Shown: positions 47,905 to 57,204 of the stretch, piece by piece | Position numbering within the stretch: the stretch's first letter is position 1 | Layout: the number at the start of each line of letters is the position of its first letter | Notes under the pieces: model-generated | The model's database searches: none | What the model saw: only the letters and a program-made list of their open reading frames with translations | Told to the model about the DNA's origin: nothing | Assembly: GCA_007376195.1 (NCBI GenBank) | Contig: VMFT01000002.1 | Location: forward strand, 1,273 to 65,272 | DNA from: Parcubacteria group bacterium Gr01-1014_29 | GTDB taxonomy: Bacteria; Patescibacteriota; Minisyncoccia; Ryanbacterales; 2-02-FULL-48-12 | Direction of reading: 5' to 3' | Length of the DNA stretch: 64,000 nt | Position numbers and translations under genes: made by a program

Positions 47905-48617
47905 CACATGTAGCTCACCCCTACGGGGTACGATTGGGTATATTAAAAGATTGGCGGTCGCGTTGGTTTGACGCGCGTGGATATCGCCAGTTGCTGAAGA
48001 TTGATACACTTTTACGCGTTTACCTATGGCGCGAACTCGACGGTATTTTGGTTGACAGCATTGATATCGAACGTTCTGGGCGCGTGTTATCCGTTATAAT
48101 TAAAACAAGTCAACCCGGCTTGCTCGTCGGGCGCGGGGGTGAGGGGGCGGAGAAATTGAAAGAGAAAATCCGTTCCTATGTGGCAAAAATTGAGCGCCAG
48201 CCTGTTACGGGCGGCACATGTACCCCGGAGGGCGGTGTGGAAGGTCGTGGCCGCGTGGAAATCCGCCTTACCATTGAAGAAGTTCGAATGCCGGAAACGC
48301 ATGCGAATATTCTTGCGCAGATGGTGGTGCAGGATCTTGAGCGGCGGCTCCCGTTCCGGCGTGTTTTGAAGGGCGCTATAGAAAAAGCAAACACGAATAA
48401 AGAAGTCCAAGGCGTAAAGATAGCATTGAAAGGCAGGCTTGACGGAGCGGAGATGGGGCGGTATGAATGGCTGCGAAAAGGACGTATTCCATTACAAACG
48501 CTCCGGGCGGATGTAGATTACGCACAGCAGGAAGCACAGTTGCCATACGGCACCATTGGCATAAAGGTCTGGATTTATAAAGGGGAGCGCTTTGAGAATG
48601 AAAAACCAAGTGGGTAG
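47901..48617 (+). CDS. rpsC: 30S ribosomal protein S3
   Basis: HPYGVRLG, IPLQTLRADVDY. Confidence 0.96.
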   Translation: MTHVAHPYGVRLGILKDWRSRWFDARGYRQLLKIDTLLRVYLWRELDGILVDSIDIERSGRVLSVIIKTSQPGLLVGRGGEGAEKLKEKIRSYVAKIERQPVTGGTCTPEGGVEGRGRVEIRLTIEEVRMPETHANILAQMVVQDLERRLPFRRVLKGAIEKANTNKEVQGVKIALKGRLDGAEMGRYEWLRKGRIPLQTLRADVDYAQQEAQLPYGTIGIKVWIYKGERFENEKPSG

Positions 48618-48707
48618 TCCCTCGCTTTGCTCGGTGATGTCGAAGATACTGAACGCAGTGAACGTACTCAAAAATTATAGTCGTTATCACTCCTTAATTT
48701 TTGGCAT

Positions 48708-49121
48708 ATGCTAGTTCCCAAAAAAGTAAAACATAGAAAATGGCAGCGCGGACGGAGTCGTGGTCTTGAAACACGCGGCACAACCCTTGCTTTTGGAGCA
48801 TTCGGCCTCAAGGCAATGGAAGCGCGATGGATTGATTCCCGACAAATTGAGGCAGCTCGGCGCGCCATGACACGCTATGTTCAGCGCGGCGGCAAGATAT
48901 GGATCCGGATATTTCCCGACAAGCCCATTACCAAGCGGCCACCGGAGACAACGCTCGGAGGCGGGAAGGGCGCGCCGGATAAATATGTGTTTCCGGTTCG
49001 GCCGGGGCGTGTGCTTTTCGAGATGGATGGCATCGCGGAGAATGTTGCGCGCGAGGCGTTGCGTAGAGCAGGCGCGAAGCTCCCCCTCAAAGTAAAAATT
49101 ATTAGCAGGTTGAGTACATAA
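48708..49121 (+). CDS. rplP: 50S ribosomal protein L16
   Basis: [11 protein letters not shown]. Confidence 0.97.
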   Translation: MLVPKKVKHRKWQRGRSRGLETRGTTLAFGAFGLKAMEARWIDSRQIEAARRAMTRYVQRGGKIWIRIFPDKPITKRPPETTLGGGKGAPDKYVFPVRPGRVLFEMDGIAENVAREALRRAGAKLPLKVKIISRLST

Positions 49122-49124
49122 TAT

Positions 49125-49319
49125 ATGAAACCGCGTGATGCCAGGGAAAAAAGTATAGCGGAGCTCAAGACTGCTCTCTACGACGTTCAGAAGCAATTGG
49201 GCGATCTGTATTTTGATCTTGCCGCAGGCCGTATAAAAAACGTAAAGGGGGCGGCAACTCTTCGCCGCGAGGCCGCGCGCATAAAAACCATACTACATGA
49301 TGCAAACAACTCATCCTAA
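49125..49319 (+). CDS. rpmC: 50S ribosomal protein L29
   Basis: RREAARIKT; synteny. Confidence 0.92.
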   Translation: MKPRDAREKSIAELKTALYDVQKQLGDLYFDLAAGRIKNVKGAATLRREAARIKTILHDANNSS

Positions 49320-49542
49320 AAGATTACAAGGAACGATAGTATCCGACCGCATGCAGAAAACAGCGGTTGTGTTGGTTGTGCGGTTGGAAAAATATCCGAA
49401 GTACAAGAAATATCACAAAGTCAGCAAGAAATTCAAAGCGCACGATGAACAAAACGAATACAAAACTGGCGATAAGGTCGTGATTCAAGAAACACGCCCC
49501 CTGTCAAAAGACAAGAGATGGAAAGTTATTAGTAAGGTATAA
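49297..49542 (+). CDS. rpsQ: 30S ribosomal protein S17
   Basis: [19 protein letters not shown]. Confidence 0.96.
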   Translation: MMQTTHPKRLQGTIVSDRMQKTAVVLVVRLEKYPKYKKYHKVSKKFKAHDEQNEYKTGDKVVIQETRPLSKDKRWKVISKV

Positions 49543-49627
49543 TTAGGCTTTAGGCGCTAGGCATTAGAACACTGAATGAAAACTATGTGTCTAGTCCTAG
49601 AGCCTAAGGACTACTATCTAGCGCCTA
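49543..49627. repeat. TAGGCNN heptamer hairpin
   Basis: TTAGGCTTTAGGCGCTAGGCATTAGA / TCTAGTCCTAGAGCCTAA...CTAGCGCCTA. Confidence 0.75.
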
Positions 49628-49633
49628 CATTAT

Positions 49634-49999
49634 ATGATTCAACCTCAAACACAATTGAAAGTAGCCGACAACTCGGGAGCAAAACTTATCCAGGTTTTTA
49701 AGATTTTGGGCGGGAGCCGCCGCCGGTACGCGCGCATCGGGGATTTGGTTGTGGCGTCGGTTAAGATAGCTGAACCGAAAAAGGCGGTAAAAAAGAAAGA
49801 TATTGTCCGGGTGGTTATCGTACGGCAAGCCCAGCCCTATCGACGCGCCGATGGGTCTTATATTCGTTTCGATGACAACGCAGGGGTTATCGTGGACGGA
49901 AAAGAACCAAAGGGAGGACGTATTTTCGGCCCCATTCCACGGGAACTTCGGGAGCGCGGATTTACAAAAATAATTTCATTGGCCGAAGAAGTGGTGTAA
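49634..49999 (+). CDS. rplN: 50S ribosomal protein L14
   Basis: [15 protein letters not shown]. Confidence 0.97.
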   Translation: MIQPQTQLKVADNSGAKLIQVFKILGGSRRRYARIGDLVVASVKIAEPKKAVKKKDIVRVVIVRQAQPYRRADGSYIRFDDNAGVIVDGKEPKGGRIFGPIPRELRERGFTKIISLAEEVV

Positions 50000-50007
50000 A
50001 TAGCAAA

Positions 50008-50083
50008 CTAGGCATTAGGCTCTAGGCACTAGGAAAAGAAATACAAAAGCATTTTTTCCTAAAGCCTAACGCCTAGAGCCTAG
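50008..50083. repeat. TAGGCNN heptamer hairpin
   Basis: CTAGGCATTAGGCTCTAGGCACTAGGAAAA / TTTTCCTAAAGCCTAACGCCTAGAGCCTAG. Confidence 0.85.
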
Positions 50084-50091
50084 AGTATTCT

Positions 50092-50397
50092 ATGCGCATA
50101 AAAAAAGGTGACAACGTGAAAGTAATAAGCGGAAAGGACCGCGGTAAGACGGGTACGGTTGTTCGGGCTGTTCCGGATCAGGATCGTATTGTGGTAGATG
50201 GTTTGAATATACGAAAACGCCATGTCCGCGCGAAGCGTGCGGGGCAGAAAGGAGAAGTCGTACAATTTTCCGCTCCCCTGCATGTTTCAAATATACAGCT
50301 GGTCTGTACAAAATGCGGAAAAACAACCCGCGTGGGTTATCGGGTGGACGGAGCCGTTAAAAGCAGGGTGTGTAAAAAATGTGGAGCGGATATATAA
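50092..50397 (+). CDS. rplX: 50S ribosomal protein L24
   Basis: IKKGDNVKVISGKDRG. Confidence 0.96.
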   Translation: MRIKKGDNVKVISGKDRGKTGTVVRAVPDQDRIVVDGLNIRKRHVRAKRAGQKGEVVQFSAPLHVSNIQLVCTKCGKTTRVGYRVDGAVKSRVCKKCGADI

Positions 50398-50398
50398 T

Positions 50399-50947
50399 AT
50401 GGCGCCATCAGCACTACAAAATAAATACCAGAAAGACGCACTACCCGCCATGCAGACCCGTTTTGGGCATGCAAATGTAATGGCTGTTCCTCGGTTACAA
50501 AAGACGGTCGTGAATATTGGGATTGGGCGTATTGCGAGAGAAAAGGGAAGCGATGAGGAGGTGGTAAAGTTTATAACGGGTATTACGGGACAAAAGCCTA
50601 CACCGTGTCTTGCGCGTAAATCCATTGCGGCGTTCAAAACACGCGCGGGACAAGTGATTGGTTATAAGGCTACATTACGCGGCAGGCGGATGTTCGACTT
50701 TTTGGAACGTTTTATTTCTGCGGCCATTCCGCGCATGAGAGATTTTCGGGGTATTGACCCAAAAGCGGTTGATGCCGGAGGAAACTTGACGGTTGGTGTG
50801 CGAGAACATATTATATTTCCAGAGACTATCGGTGAGGATATGCGCATGATTTTTGGGCTTGAAGTGACGACAACTACCAACGCAAAGACGCGTGAGGAAG
50901 CAGTCGAGCTATTTAGATTATTAGGATTCCCATTAAAAAGGCACTAG
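50399..50947 (+). CDS. rplE: 50S ribosomal protein L5
   Basis: ITGQKP, PRMRDFRG. Confidence 0.96.
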   Translation: MAPSALQNKYQKDALPAMQTRFGHANVMAVPRLQKTVVNIGIGRIAREKGSDEEVVKFITGITGQKPTPCLARKSIAAFKTRAGQVIGYKATLRGRRMFDFLERFISAAIPRMRDFRGIDPKAVDAGGNLTVGVREHIIFPETIGEDMRMIFGLEVTTTTNAKTREEAVELFRLLGFPLKRH

Positions 50948-51014
50948 GGCACTAGGCTCTAGGCCTTAGGATTCTAAGTCCTAGAGCCTAGTGCCTAGGT
51001 TCCTAGCGCCTAGT
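50943..51014. repeat. TAGGCNN heptamer hairpin overlapping the rplE stop
   Basis: ACTAGGGCACTAGGCTCTAGGCCTTAGGA / TCCTAGAGCCTAGTGCCTAGGTTCCTAGCGCCTAGT. Confidence 0.85.
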
Positions 51015-51017
51015 ATT

Positions 51018-51203
51018 ATGGCAAAAACATCAGTAGTAGCAAGGTCGAAGAAAAAACCAAAGTTTGTAACACGGCTTGTGCGGCGCTGTTTTCGCTGTGG
51101 CCGCAAGCGCGGGTATATGCGTGCTTTTGATCTTTGCCGCATCTGTTTTCGCGAACTTGCGCTCCGCGGCGAGTTGCCAGGTATTAAAAAATCATCATGG
51201 TAA
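51018..51203 (+). CDS. rpsN: 30S ribosomal protein S14, Zn-binding type
   Basis: RCFRCGR...CRICFRE. Confidence 0.96.
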   Translation: MAKTSVVARSKKKPKFVTRLVRRCFRCGRKRGYMRAFDLCRICFRELALRGELPGIKKSSW

Positions 51204-51208
51204 GTAGT

Positions 51209-51297
51209 ATCAACGAATAACGAATCTGTTACGAATAAACGAATAATAACCGCTGAATTCCATTCGTACATTCGTACAAGATTCGTTATTCGATGAT
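51209..51297. repeat. ACGAAT-family hairpin, empty sibling of the GxxExxY cassette
   Basis: ATCAACGAATAACGAATCTGTTACGAATAAACGAAT / ATTCGTACATTCGTACAAGATTCGTTATTCGATGAT. Confidence 0.85.
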
Positions 51298-51304
51298 TGT
51301 TTTT

Positions 51305-51700
51305 ATGACAGATTCTATTTCAGACACACTAACAAGAATTCGGAATGCGCAAATGGTTCAGAAGCGCAGTGTTGTGGTGCCTCATTCCGACATTGTGCAC
51401 GAGGTGCTGCGTGTATTGAAGGAAACAGGTTTTGTGCGGGAAGCTGTAAAGCGAGGACGCCGGAACCGGTGCGTTCTTGATGTGTCGCTTCTTTATGATG
51501 CCAGCGGTAGCGGGCATATGCAGGGCGCACGGCGTGTCAGCAAACAAAGTAAGCGTGTGTATGCGCGCGCGTGTGATTTGAGACCCTCCAAGAAAAGCGC
51601 CAAAGGTATCTTTATTGTTTCCACATCGAGCGGCATCATGTCTTCTTCTGATGCGCGCAAATCAAAAGTCGGCGGCGAAGTTTTATGCGAAGTATGGTAA
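51305..51700 (+). CDS. rpsH: 30S ribosomal protein S8
   Basis: DSISDTLTRIRNA, GGEVLCEVW. Confidence 0.95.
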   Translation: MTDSISDTLTRIRNAQMVQKRSVVVPHSDIVHEVLRVLKETGFVREAVKRGRRNRCVLDVSLLYDASGSGHMQGARRVSKQSKRVYARACDLRPSKKSAKGIFIVSTSSGIMSSSDARKSKVGGEVLCEVW

Positions 51701-51707
51701 TAAAACG

Positions 51708-51781
51708 TGAAGCCTGAAACTTGAAACGTAAAACCCAAGAAAATAATTTTTAAGGTTTAAGGTTTCAGGATTTAAGTTTCA
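51708..51781. repeat. TGAARCN heptamer hairpin
   Basis: TGAAGCC TGAAACT TGAAACG TAAAACC / GGTTTAA GGTTTCA GGATTTA AGTTTCA. Confidence 0.75.
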
Positions 51782-51789
51782 GAATTTAT

Positions 51790-52338
51790 ATGGGTCGTCT
51801 ATCAGCAAAACCAATTCATGTTCCCGAAGGAGTGTCCGCCCGTTTGGAAAACGGTGTTTTCAGCGTGAAAGGGCCAAAGGGAGAGTTGTCGCGCGTATTG
51901 CCCCGCGATGTGGTGTTGGTCGTAGCGGAAAATGGGCGGGAGATTTCTGTCGTCGCATCAAAACGTGTCAAAACAGCAAACCTTCTTGGCACCGCATATG
52001 TCTCTGCCAGAAATATGGTTCAGGGTGTTTGGGAGGGGTTTTCGAAGATTCTAGAAATGGAAGGGGTGGGTTATCGCGCATCTAAGGAAGGCAACGATAT
52101 TGTTTTTTCGCTTGGTTTTTCTCACCCCGTCCGCTATACGCCGCCGGACAATGTTCAGCTTGCCGTTGAAAAAAATACTATACGGGTAGTTGGTATTGAC
52201 AAAGAGCTTGTTGGAAAGGTTGCTGCTGATATTCGCGCCTTAAGGCCGCCCGAGCCCTACAAAGGCAAGGGTATTCGGTACCAAGGGGAGCGGATTCAGC
52301 GTAAGCAAGGCAAGAAAGCTGGAGTGGGGGCAACGTAA
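51790..52338 (+). CDS. rplF: 50S ribosomal protein L6
   Basis: [18 protein letters not shown]. Confidence 0.97.
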   Translation: MGRLSAKPIHVPEGVSARLENGVFSVKGPKGELSRVLPRDVVLVVAENGREISVVASKRVKTANLLGTAYVSARNMVQGVWEGFSKILEMEGVGYRASKEGNDIVFSLGFSHPVRYTPPDNVQLAVEKNTIRVVGIDKELVGKVAADIRALRPPEPYKGKGIRYQGERIQRKQGKKAGVGAT

Positions 52339-52342
52339 AAAT

Positions 52343-52711
52343 ATGACACATACACTAAACAATAGAACACGAAGAACGCGGCGGCACAAACGGGTGCGAG
52401 CGAAGGTTCAGGGGACAGCGAAAGTGCCGCGTCTTTCGGTATTCCGTTCAAACCGGCATGTTTACGCGCAGATTATTGACGATGTTGCCGGGCGGACATT
52501 GGCGGGAGTGCATAGCGCTTCTTTCGTTTCTTTAAAAAAGGACTCAAAAGAAACAAAAACAGAACATGCGAAAAAAATTGGTACCCAGATTGCCAAACGT
52601 GCCAAGGAGCTTCGTATTGTGCGCGTTGTGTTTGATCGGGGCGGGTATCGGTATCAAGGGCGTGTACGCTCGCTGGCGGACGCTGCGCGAGAAGGTGGTC
52701 TTGAATTTTAA
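52343..52711 (+). CDS. rplR: 50S ribosomal protein L18
   Basis: [20 protein letters not shown]. Confidence 0.97.
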   Translation: MTHTLNNRTRRTRRHKRVRAKVQGTAKVPRLSVFRSNRHVYAQIIDDVAGRTLAGVHSASFVSLKKDSKETKTEHAKKIGTQIAKRAKELRIVRVVFDRGGYRYQGRVRSLADAAREGGLEF

Positions 52712-52755
52712 TGGTTTATCAGGCACCATAGGTCAATCATATAAAAATACATTAT

Positions 52756-53223
52756 ATGCGCAGACGAATGCAAAAACAAAAACGGGAACGCCCGGAATTC
52801 GATCAAAAGCTGATTGATCTTCGGCGTGTTGCGCGCGTGGTTTCCGGCGGGCGCCGATTTAGTTTTCGCGCATCGCTTGTTATAGGCAATCGCAAGGGGG
52901 ATGTCGGGTTTGCGTCGGCGAAGGGGGCGGACACTGCTATGGCAATTGAAAAAGCGTTTCGCCAGGCGCGTAAGTACATGATCAGCGTTCCCTTGACGTC
53001 GGAAGGTACCATTAGGCATGAGGTGTCCGCAAAACATTCCGGTTCCCGGATTTTATTGAAACCTGCGCGCAAAGGAAGAGGAATTATGGCAGGCGGCCCC
53101 GTGCGTATTGTATGCGATATGGCGGGCATCAGGGATATTACCGGCAAGATTGTTTCTCGCTCTACGAACAAGCTGAACAACGCGTTGGCGACAATGAAAG
53201 CATTACAGAAATTAAAAATGTAA
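52756..53223 (+). CDS. rpsE: 30S ribosomal protein S5
   Basis: RVARVVSGGRRFSF. Confidence 0.96.
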   Translation: MRRRMQKQKRERPEFDQKLIDLRRVARVVSGGRRFSFRASLVIGNRKGDVGFASAKGADTAMAIEKAFRQARKYMISVPLTSEGTIRHEVSAKHSGSRILLKPARKGRGIMAGGPVRIVCDMAGIRDITGKIVSRSTNKLNNALATMKALQKLKM

Positions 53224-53231
53224 TTTTTTTC

Positions 53232-53669
53232 ATGCAACTGCATACCATATCAGCGCCAAAACATACATCTGCCAAACGCATTGGCCGCGGCGGCAAGCGC
53301 GGCACGTTTTCGGGTCGCGGCACCAAAGGCCAAAAAGCGCGGGCTGGTCGCCGTATTCGTCCGCAATTGCGCGATATATTGAAAAAAATCCCAAAGAAAC
53401 GCGGGTATCGTTTTACGTCATTTCGCGCGCGACCAATCGGTGTTAACCTTTCCATCCTCAATGAAAAGTTTGAGTCGGGCGGTGTTGTTTCTCCTCAGAC
53501 GCTTGTCGAAGGGGGCATGGTATCCCGGAAGGGTGGTGCGTATCCTTCCGTAAAGATTCTTGGCACAGGAATTATTTCAAAAAAGCTTACCATTGAAGGA
53601 TGTCAGATTTCCGCATCAGCAAAAGAGAAGATCGAAAAAGCGGGAGGAAAACTAGTAGCTAGGCGTTAG
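53232..53669 (+). CDS. rplO: 50S ribosomal protein L15
   Basis: RIGRGGKRGTFSGRGTKGQKAR. Confidence 0.95.
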   Translation: MQLHTISAPKHTSAKRIGRGGKRGTFSGRGTKGQKARAGRRIRPQLRDILKKIPKKRGYRFTSFRARPIGVNLSILNEKFESGGVVSPQTLVEGGMVSRKGGAYPSVKILGTGIISKKLTIEGCQISASAKEKIEKAGGKLVARR

Positions 53670-53732
53670 GCACTAGGCGCTAGAGGAACAAAAAAATATT
53701 CTAGAGCCCTAAAGCCTAAAGCCTAAAGCCTA
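53659..53732. repeat. TAGGCNN heptamer hairpin overlapping the rplO stop
   Basis: CTAGGCGTTAGGCACTAGGCGCTAGAG / CTAGAGCCCTAAAGCCTAAAGCCTAAAGCCTA. Confidence 0.8.
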
Positions 53733-53734
53733 AA

Positions 53735-54997
53735 ATGAATAAAATCCTATTGATATTCAAAGACCCCGACCTCCGTAAGCGCGTTCTTTTCATGCTTGGT
53801 ATTTTGGTTGTATTCCGGCTTACGGCAGCTGTGCCTATTCCCGGTGTTGACATCGGGCAACTGCAGGCGTATCTGTCCGGAAACCAATTGCTTGGTTTGC
53901 TGAATATTTTCTCCGGCGGCGCTTTGGATAATCTTTCTATTATAATGTTGGGGCTGGGGCCGTATATTACCGGCTCAATTATTATGCAGTTGATGACATT
54001 GGTATTTCCTCAGCTGAAGGAAATGTATCAGGAAGCGGGGGAGGCAGGGCGGCAGAAGTTCAATCAGTACTCGCGTTTGCTGACGGTGCCTCTTGCATTG
54101 TTGCAGGGATACGGTTTGTTGACGCTTCTGTCGCGGCAGGGCATTTTTACTGACGCGAGTTTTGCCGGCATTGCGGTAAATGTTGTTATTGTTACGGCAG
54201 GAGCGCTATTTCTTATGTGGCTGGGAGAACTTATTTCCGAATATGGCATCGGAAATGGCGTTTCCATCATGATTTTCGCCGGCATTGTAGCTGGTGTGCC
54301 GTCGAGCATACAGCAGACGCTCTTTTCGTTTGACAGTTCGCAGATTCCGCTCTTTGTGACATTTGCGGTTCTGGCAATTGTTGTTATTGCTTCTATCGTG
54401 TTTATTACCGAAGGCGAGCGGCCGGTTCCGGTTTCTTACACCAAGCGCGTGCGCGGTATGCGCATGTACGGAGGGTTTTCCACGTATCTCCCTTTGCGGG
54501 TAAACCAGGCAGGCGTAATTCCGATTATCTTCGCGCTTTCCATACTTCTGTTCCCGCAAATGTTCGCGGGGTTTCTCGCGGTCTCTTCCAACTCGTTTCT
54601 GCGCGGCATAGCTGATGTGTTTACAAACTTTACGCAAAATCTGTTACTCTATGGTACCGCGTATTTTATTCTGGTGTTCTTTTTCACGTATTTTTATACG
54701 GCAGTCACTTTTGATCCGGATACCATTTCAAGCAATCTGCAAAAAAGTGGCGGGTTCGTTCCCGGTATTCGCCCGGGTCGGCCCACGGCGGATTTTTTGA
54801 GCAATATCATCACGCGCATAACGCTCGTTGGCGCATTATTTTTAGGGCTTATTGCCGTTCTGCCGTTTATGGTGCAGGCCGCAACCGGAATTGTAACGCT
54901 TACGCTGGGCGGCACGGCACTGCTTATTGTTGTCTCTGTTGTGCTTGAACTTATGAAGCAGTTACAGGGGAAATTGGTGATGCGGGAGTATGAATAG
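53735..54997 (+). CDS. secY: Preprotein translocase SecY
   Basis: LGPYITGSII, GIGNGVS, NQAGVIPIIF, PGIRPG. Confidence 0.97.
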   Translation: MNKILLIFKDPDLRKRVLFMLGILVVFRLTAAVPIPGVDIGQLQAYLSGNQLLGLLNIFSGGALDNLSIIMLGLGPYITGSIIMQLMTLVFPQLKEMYQEAGEAGRQKFNQYSRLLTVPLALLQGYGLLTLLSRQGIFTDASFAGIAVNVVIVTAGALFLMWLGELISEYGIGNGVSIMIFAGIVAGVPSSIQQTLFSFDSSQIPLFVTFAVLAIVVIASIVFITEGERPVPVSYTKRVRGMRMYGGFSTYLPLRVNQAGVIPIIFALSILLFPQMFAGFLAVSSNSFLRGIADVFTNFTQNLLLYGTAYFILVFFFTYFYTAVTFDPDTISSNLQKSGGFVPGIRPGRPTADFLSNIITRITLVGALFLGLIAVLPFMVQAATGIVTLTLGGTALLIVVSVVLELMKQLQGKLVMREYE

Positions 54998-55038
54998 CGC
55001 TATTTGGCTGGAAGTGATAAAATAAAGTAAGAGGTTAT

Positions 55039-55620
55039 ATGGAAAAACCGCTTAACGTCGTTTTTATCGGTGTCTCGGGTTCGGGTAAGGGCACGCAGGT
55101 AGAACTTCTTGTGGGTGTTTTGAATTTGCGCCAAAAAACAAAAATTATTTCTTCCGGTGATTTATTCCGTGATTTGCAAGAACACGACACGGATACGGCA
55201 CATCGTGTAAGAGAAATTTTGCAGAAGGGAGGATTGCCCTATGATGATTTAGCAACGGCGCTTTGGATGCATGAAATCGCTTATACCGTGAAGGAAGACG
55301 AGGGGATTGTTTTTGACGGCGCTCCACGACGCGTGCAAGAAGCGAAAAATATCGATAGCTTTTTTACATTCCTTGATCGGTTGGATATGTTACGCATTTT
55401 GCATTTAAATGCTTCGCCGGAAGAAGTAACCAGACGTCTCCTGAAACGCGGCCGTGTAGATGATAACGAACCTGCTATTGCCGGGCGGATTGCATATTTC
55501 AAAGAAAAAGTTTTGCCAGCCACACTCTATTACCAAGAACAGAATCGTCTTATCGAAATAAACGGTGAACAGAGCGTTGAAAAGGTACATAAGGATATCG
55601 TGAAAGCATTGAAGCTCTAA
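55039..55620 (+). CDS. adk: Adenylate kinase (short, lid-less)
   Basis: GVSGSGKGTQ, DGAPR, RGRVDD; synteny. Confidence 0.88.
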   Translation: MEKPLNVVFIGVSGSGKGTQVELLVGVLNLRQKTKIISSGDLFRDLQEHDTDTAHRVREILQKGGLPYDDLATALWMHEIAYTVKEDEGIVFDGAPRRVQEAKNIDSFFTFLDRLDMLRILHLNASPEEVTRRLLKRGRVDDNEPAIAGRIAYFKEKVLPATLYYQEQNRLIEINGEQSVEKVHKDIVKALKL

Positions 55621-55626
55621 GATACG

Positions 55627-56394
55627 ATGGCATTCATAAAGTCTAAAAAAGAGATTGAAGCGCTTCGGGAAGGTGGACAAAAGCTCGCGGAAATATTACG
55701 AAAGGTGGTTGAAACGGTAAAACCAGGCGTTACTACTAAAGAACTCGACAGGCTCGCGGAGAGCCTGATTTTGTCTGTCGGCGGCACGCCGTCGTTTAAG
55801 GGATATCACATTCCCGGCGCGCATACTCCCTACCCAGCGTCTTTGTGCACATCCATCAACGACGAGGTGGTGCATGGGATACCTTCGGAAAAACGAGTTC
55901 TGAAGGATGGAGATATTATCGGCCTTGATATTGGCATGAAGTATAAGCGGTTGTACACCGATATGGCGGTAACGGTTGGAGTTGGCGCGATAGACGCCGC
56001 ATCTCGCAAGCTTCTTTTGGTAACCGAACACGCGCTTGCGGAGGGTATTGTCCAAGTTCGCGCGGGCGCACATGTGGGAGATATCAGTGAGGCGGTTCAG
56101 ACGTATGCCGAAGATCACGGACTTGGCGTGGTGCGGGAACTCGTAGGGCATGGCGTGGGGCACGCGGTGCATGAAAATCCGCCCATACCAAATTTTGGCA
56201 GCCGGGGGCAGGGAGAAAAGCTTCGCGAAGGAATGGTGATCGCGATTGAGCCTATGCTCACAGCAGGAGATTATGCCGTTGTTCTTGCGCCCGATGATTG
56301 GACATGGAAAACAAAAGACGGTTCTCGCGCGGCGCATTTTGAACACACAGTGGCGGTTACGAAAGATGGCGTACGGGTGTTGACAAAGATATAG
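55627..56394 (+). CDS. map: Methionine aminopeptidase type I
   Basis: VVHGIP, GHGVG, AIEPM, AHFEHT. Confidence 0.97.
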   Translation: MAFIKSKKEIEALREGGQKLAEILRKVVETVKPGVTTKELDRLAESLILSVGGTPSFKGYHIPGAHTPYPASLCTSINDEVVHGIPSEKRVLKDGDIIGLDIGMKYKRLYTDMAVTVGVGAIDAASRKLLLVTEHALAEGIVQVRAGAHVGDISEAVQTYAEDHGLGVVRELVGHGVGHAVHENPPIPNFGSRGQGEKLREGMVIAIEPMLTAGDYAVVLAPDDWTWKTKDGSRAAHFEHTVAVTKDGVRVLTKI

Positions 56395-56563
56395 TCTTGT
56401 GCTATCTTTTCTATAAATTTGCGGGCAGAAGATTAAAGGAGGTTAAAGAATGTCAAAGAGGATTTCACCTGTGATTGTTGACCTAGAAAAGTCCCAATTT
56501 GCTAAGACTAGGAGATAGGCACATGTTTTGCATGTGCTTTTTCTTTTGCTTTTGGCGCGTAGA

Positions 56564-56605
56564 AATTCCTAAAAATATGGACGGTCGTCCATATTTTTAG
56601 GAATT
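56564..56605. repeat. 20-bp perfect inverted repeat
   Basis: AATTCCTAAAAATATGGACG-GT-CGTCCATATTTTTAGGAATT. Confidence 0.8.
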
Positions 56606-56641
56606 CTTGCTATTTTTTATGCGGTGTCATATCCTTTCTTC

Positions 56642-57043
56642 ATGCGGATTCTTGGCATTGATTATGGCACCAAACGTATCGGGTTTGCGGTGGGAGATAC
56701 TGATCAGAAAATTGCGTTCCCGCGTGATGTTATGGAAGGCCGTGCTAGAGCGCTTGATTACGTGGATAGAATGATAGATCAGGAAGGAATACAAAAAGTT
56801 ATTATCGGCATTCCCATGCGTCATAGTGGGGAAGAGGGAGAACTTGCCGGCGAGATCCGTATATTTGCAAAAGAGATAACAGAAAAACTTGGCGTGGAAG
56901 TGGTGTTCCAAAACGAGATCCTTTCCACAAAAGCCATTCAGCAAGGCACTGTTTCTAAAGATAAAATAGACGCCGCGAGCGCCGCGCTTATTTTGCAGAG
57001 CTATCTTGATAGAATTATGAACCCAGAATCACGCGCCCACTAG
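56642..57043 (+). CDS. ruvX: YqgF/RuvX pre-16S rRNA nuclease
   Basis: GIDYGTKRIG, NEILST, IDAASAALILQSYL. Confidence 0.92.
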   Translation: MRILGIDYGTKRIGFAVGDTDQKIAFPRDVMEGRARALDYVDRMIDQEGIQKVIIGIPMRHSGEEGELAGEIRIFAKEITEKLGVEVVFQNEILSTKAIQQGTVSKDKIDAASAALILQSYLDRIMNPESRAH

Positions 57044-57082
57044 CGCCTAAACGTAGCGGCAGCGGGTAGGCGAATTATTGCT

Positions 57083-57122
57083 TAGTGTACATCTTTTGAC
57101 GATAGGAAAAAGATGTACACTA
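57083..57122. repeat. 15-bp inverted repeat
   Basis: TAGTGTACATCTTTT-10 nt-AAAAGATGTACACTA. Confidence 0.7.
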
Positions 57123-57204
57123 CTGTGGATTACAAAATGTGATAATGTGTTGCCAGGAATTGTGGTATTTCGTAATTCAACGTACCCTATGGTAAAGTAT
57201 CCCT

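Noticed and set aside
37997-53732. Intergenic repeats as CRISPR arrays
   Set aside because: Units are 7-8 nt, arranged as inverted arms with no unique spacers; no cas genes are present.
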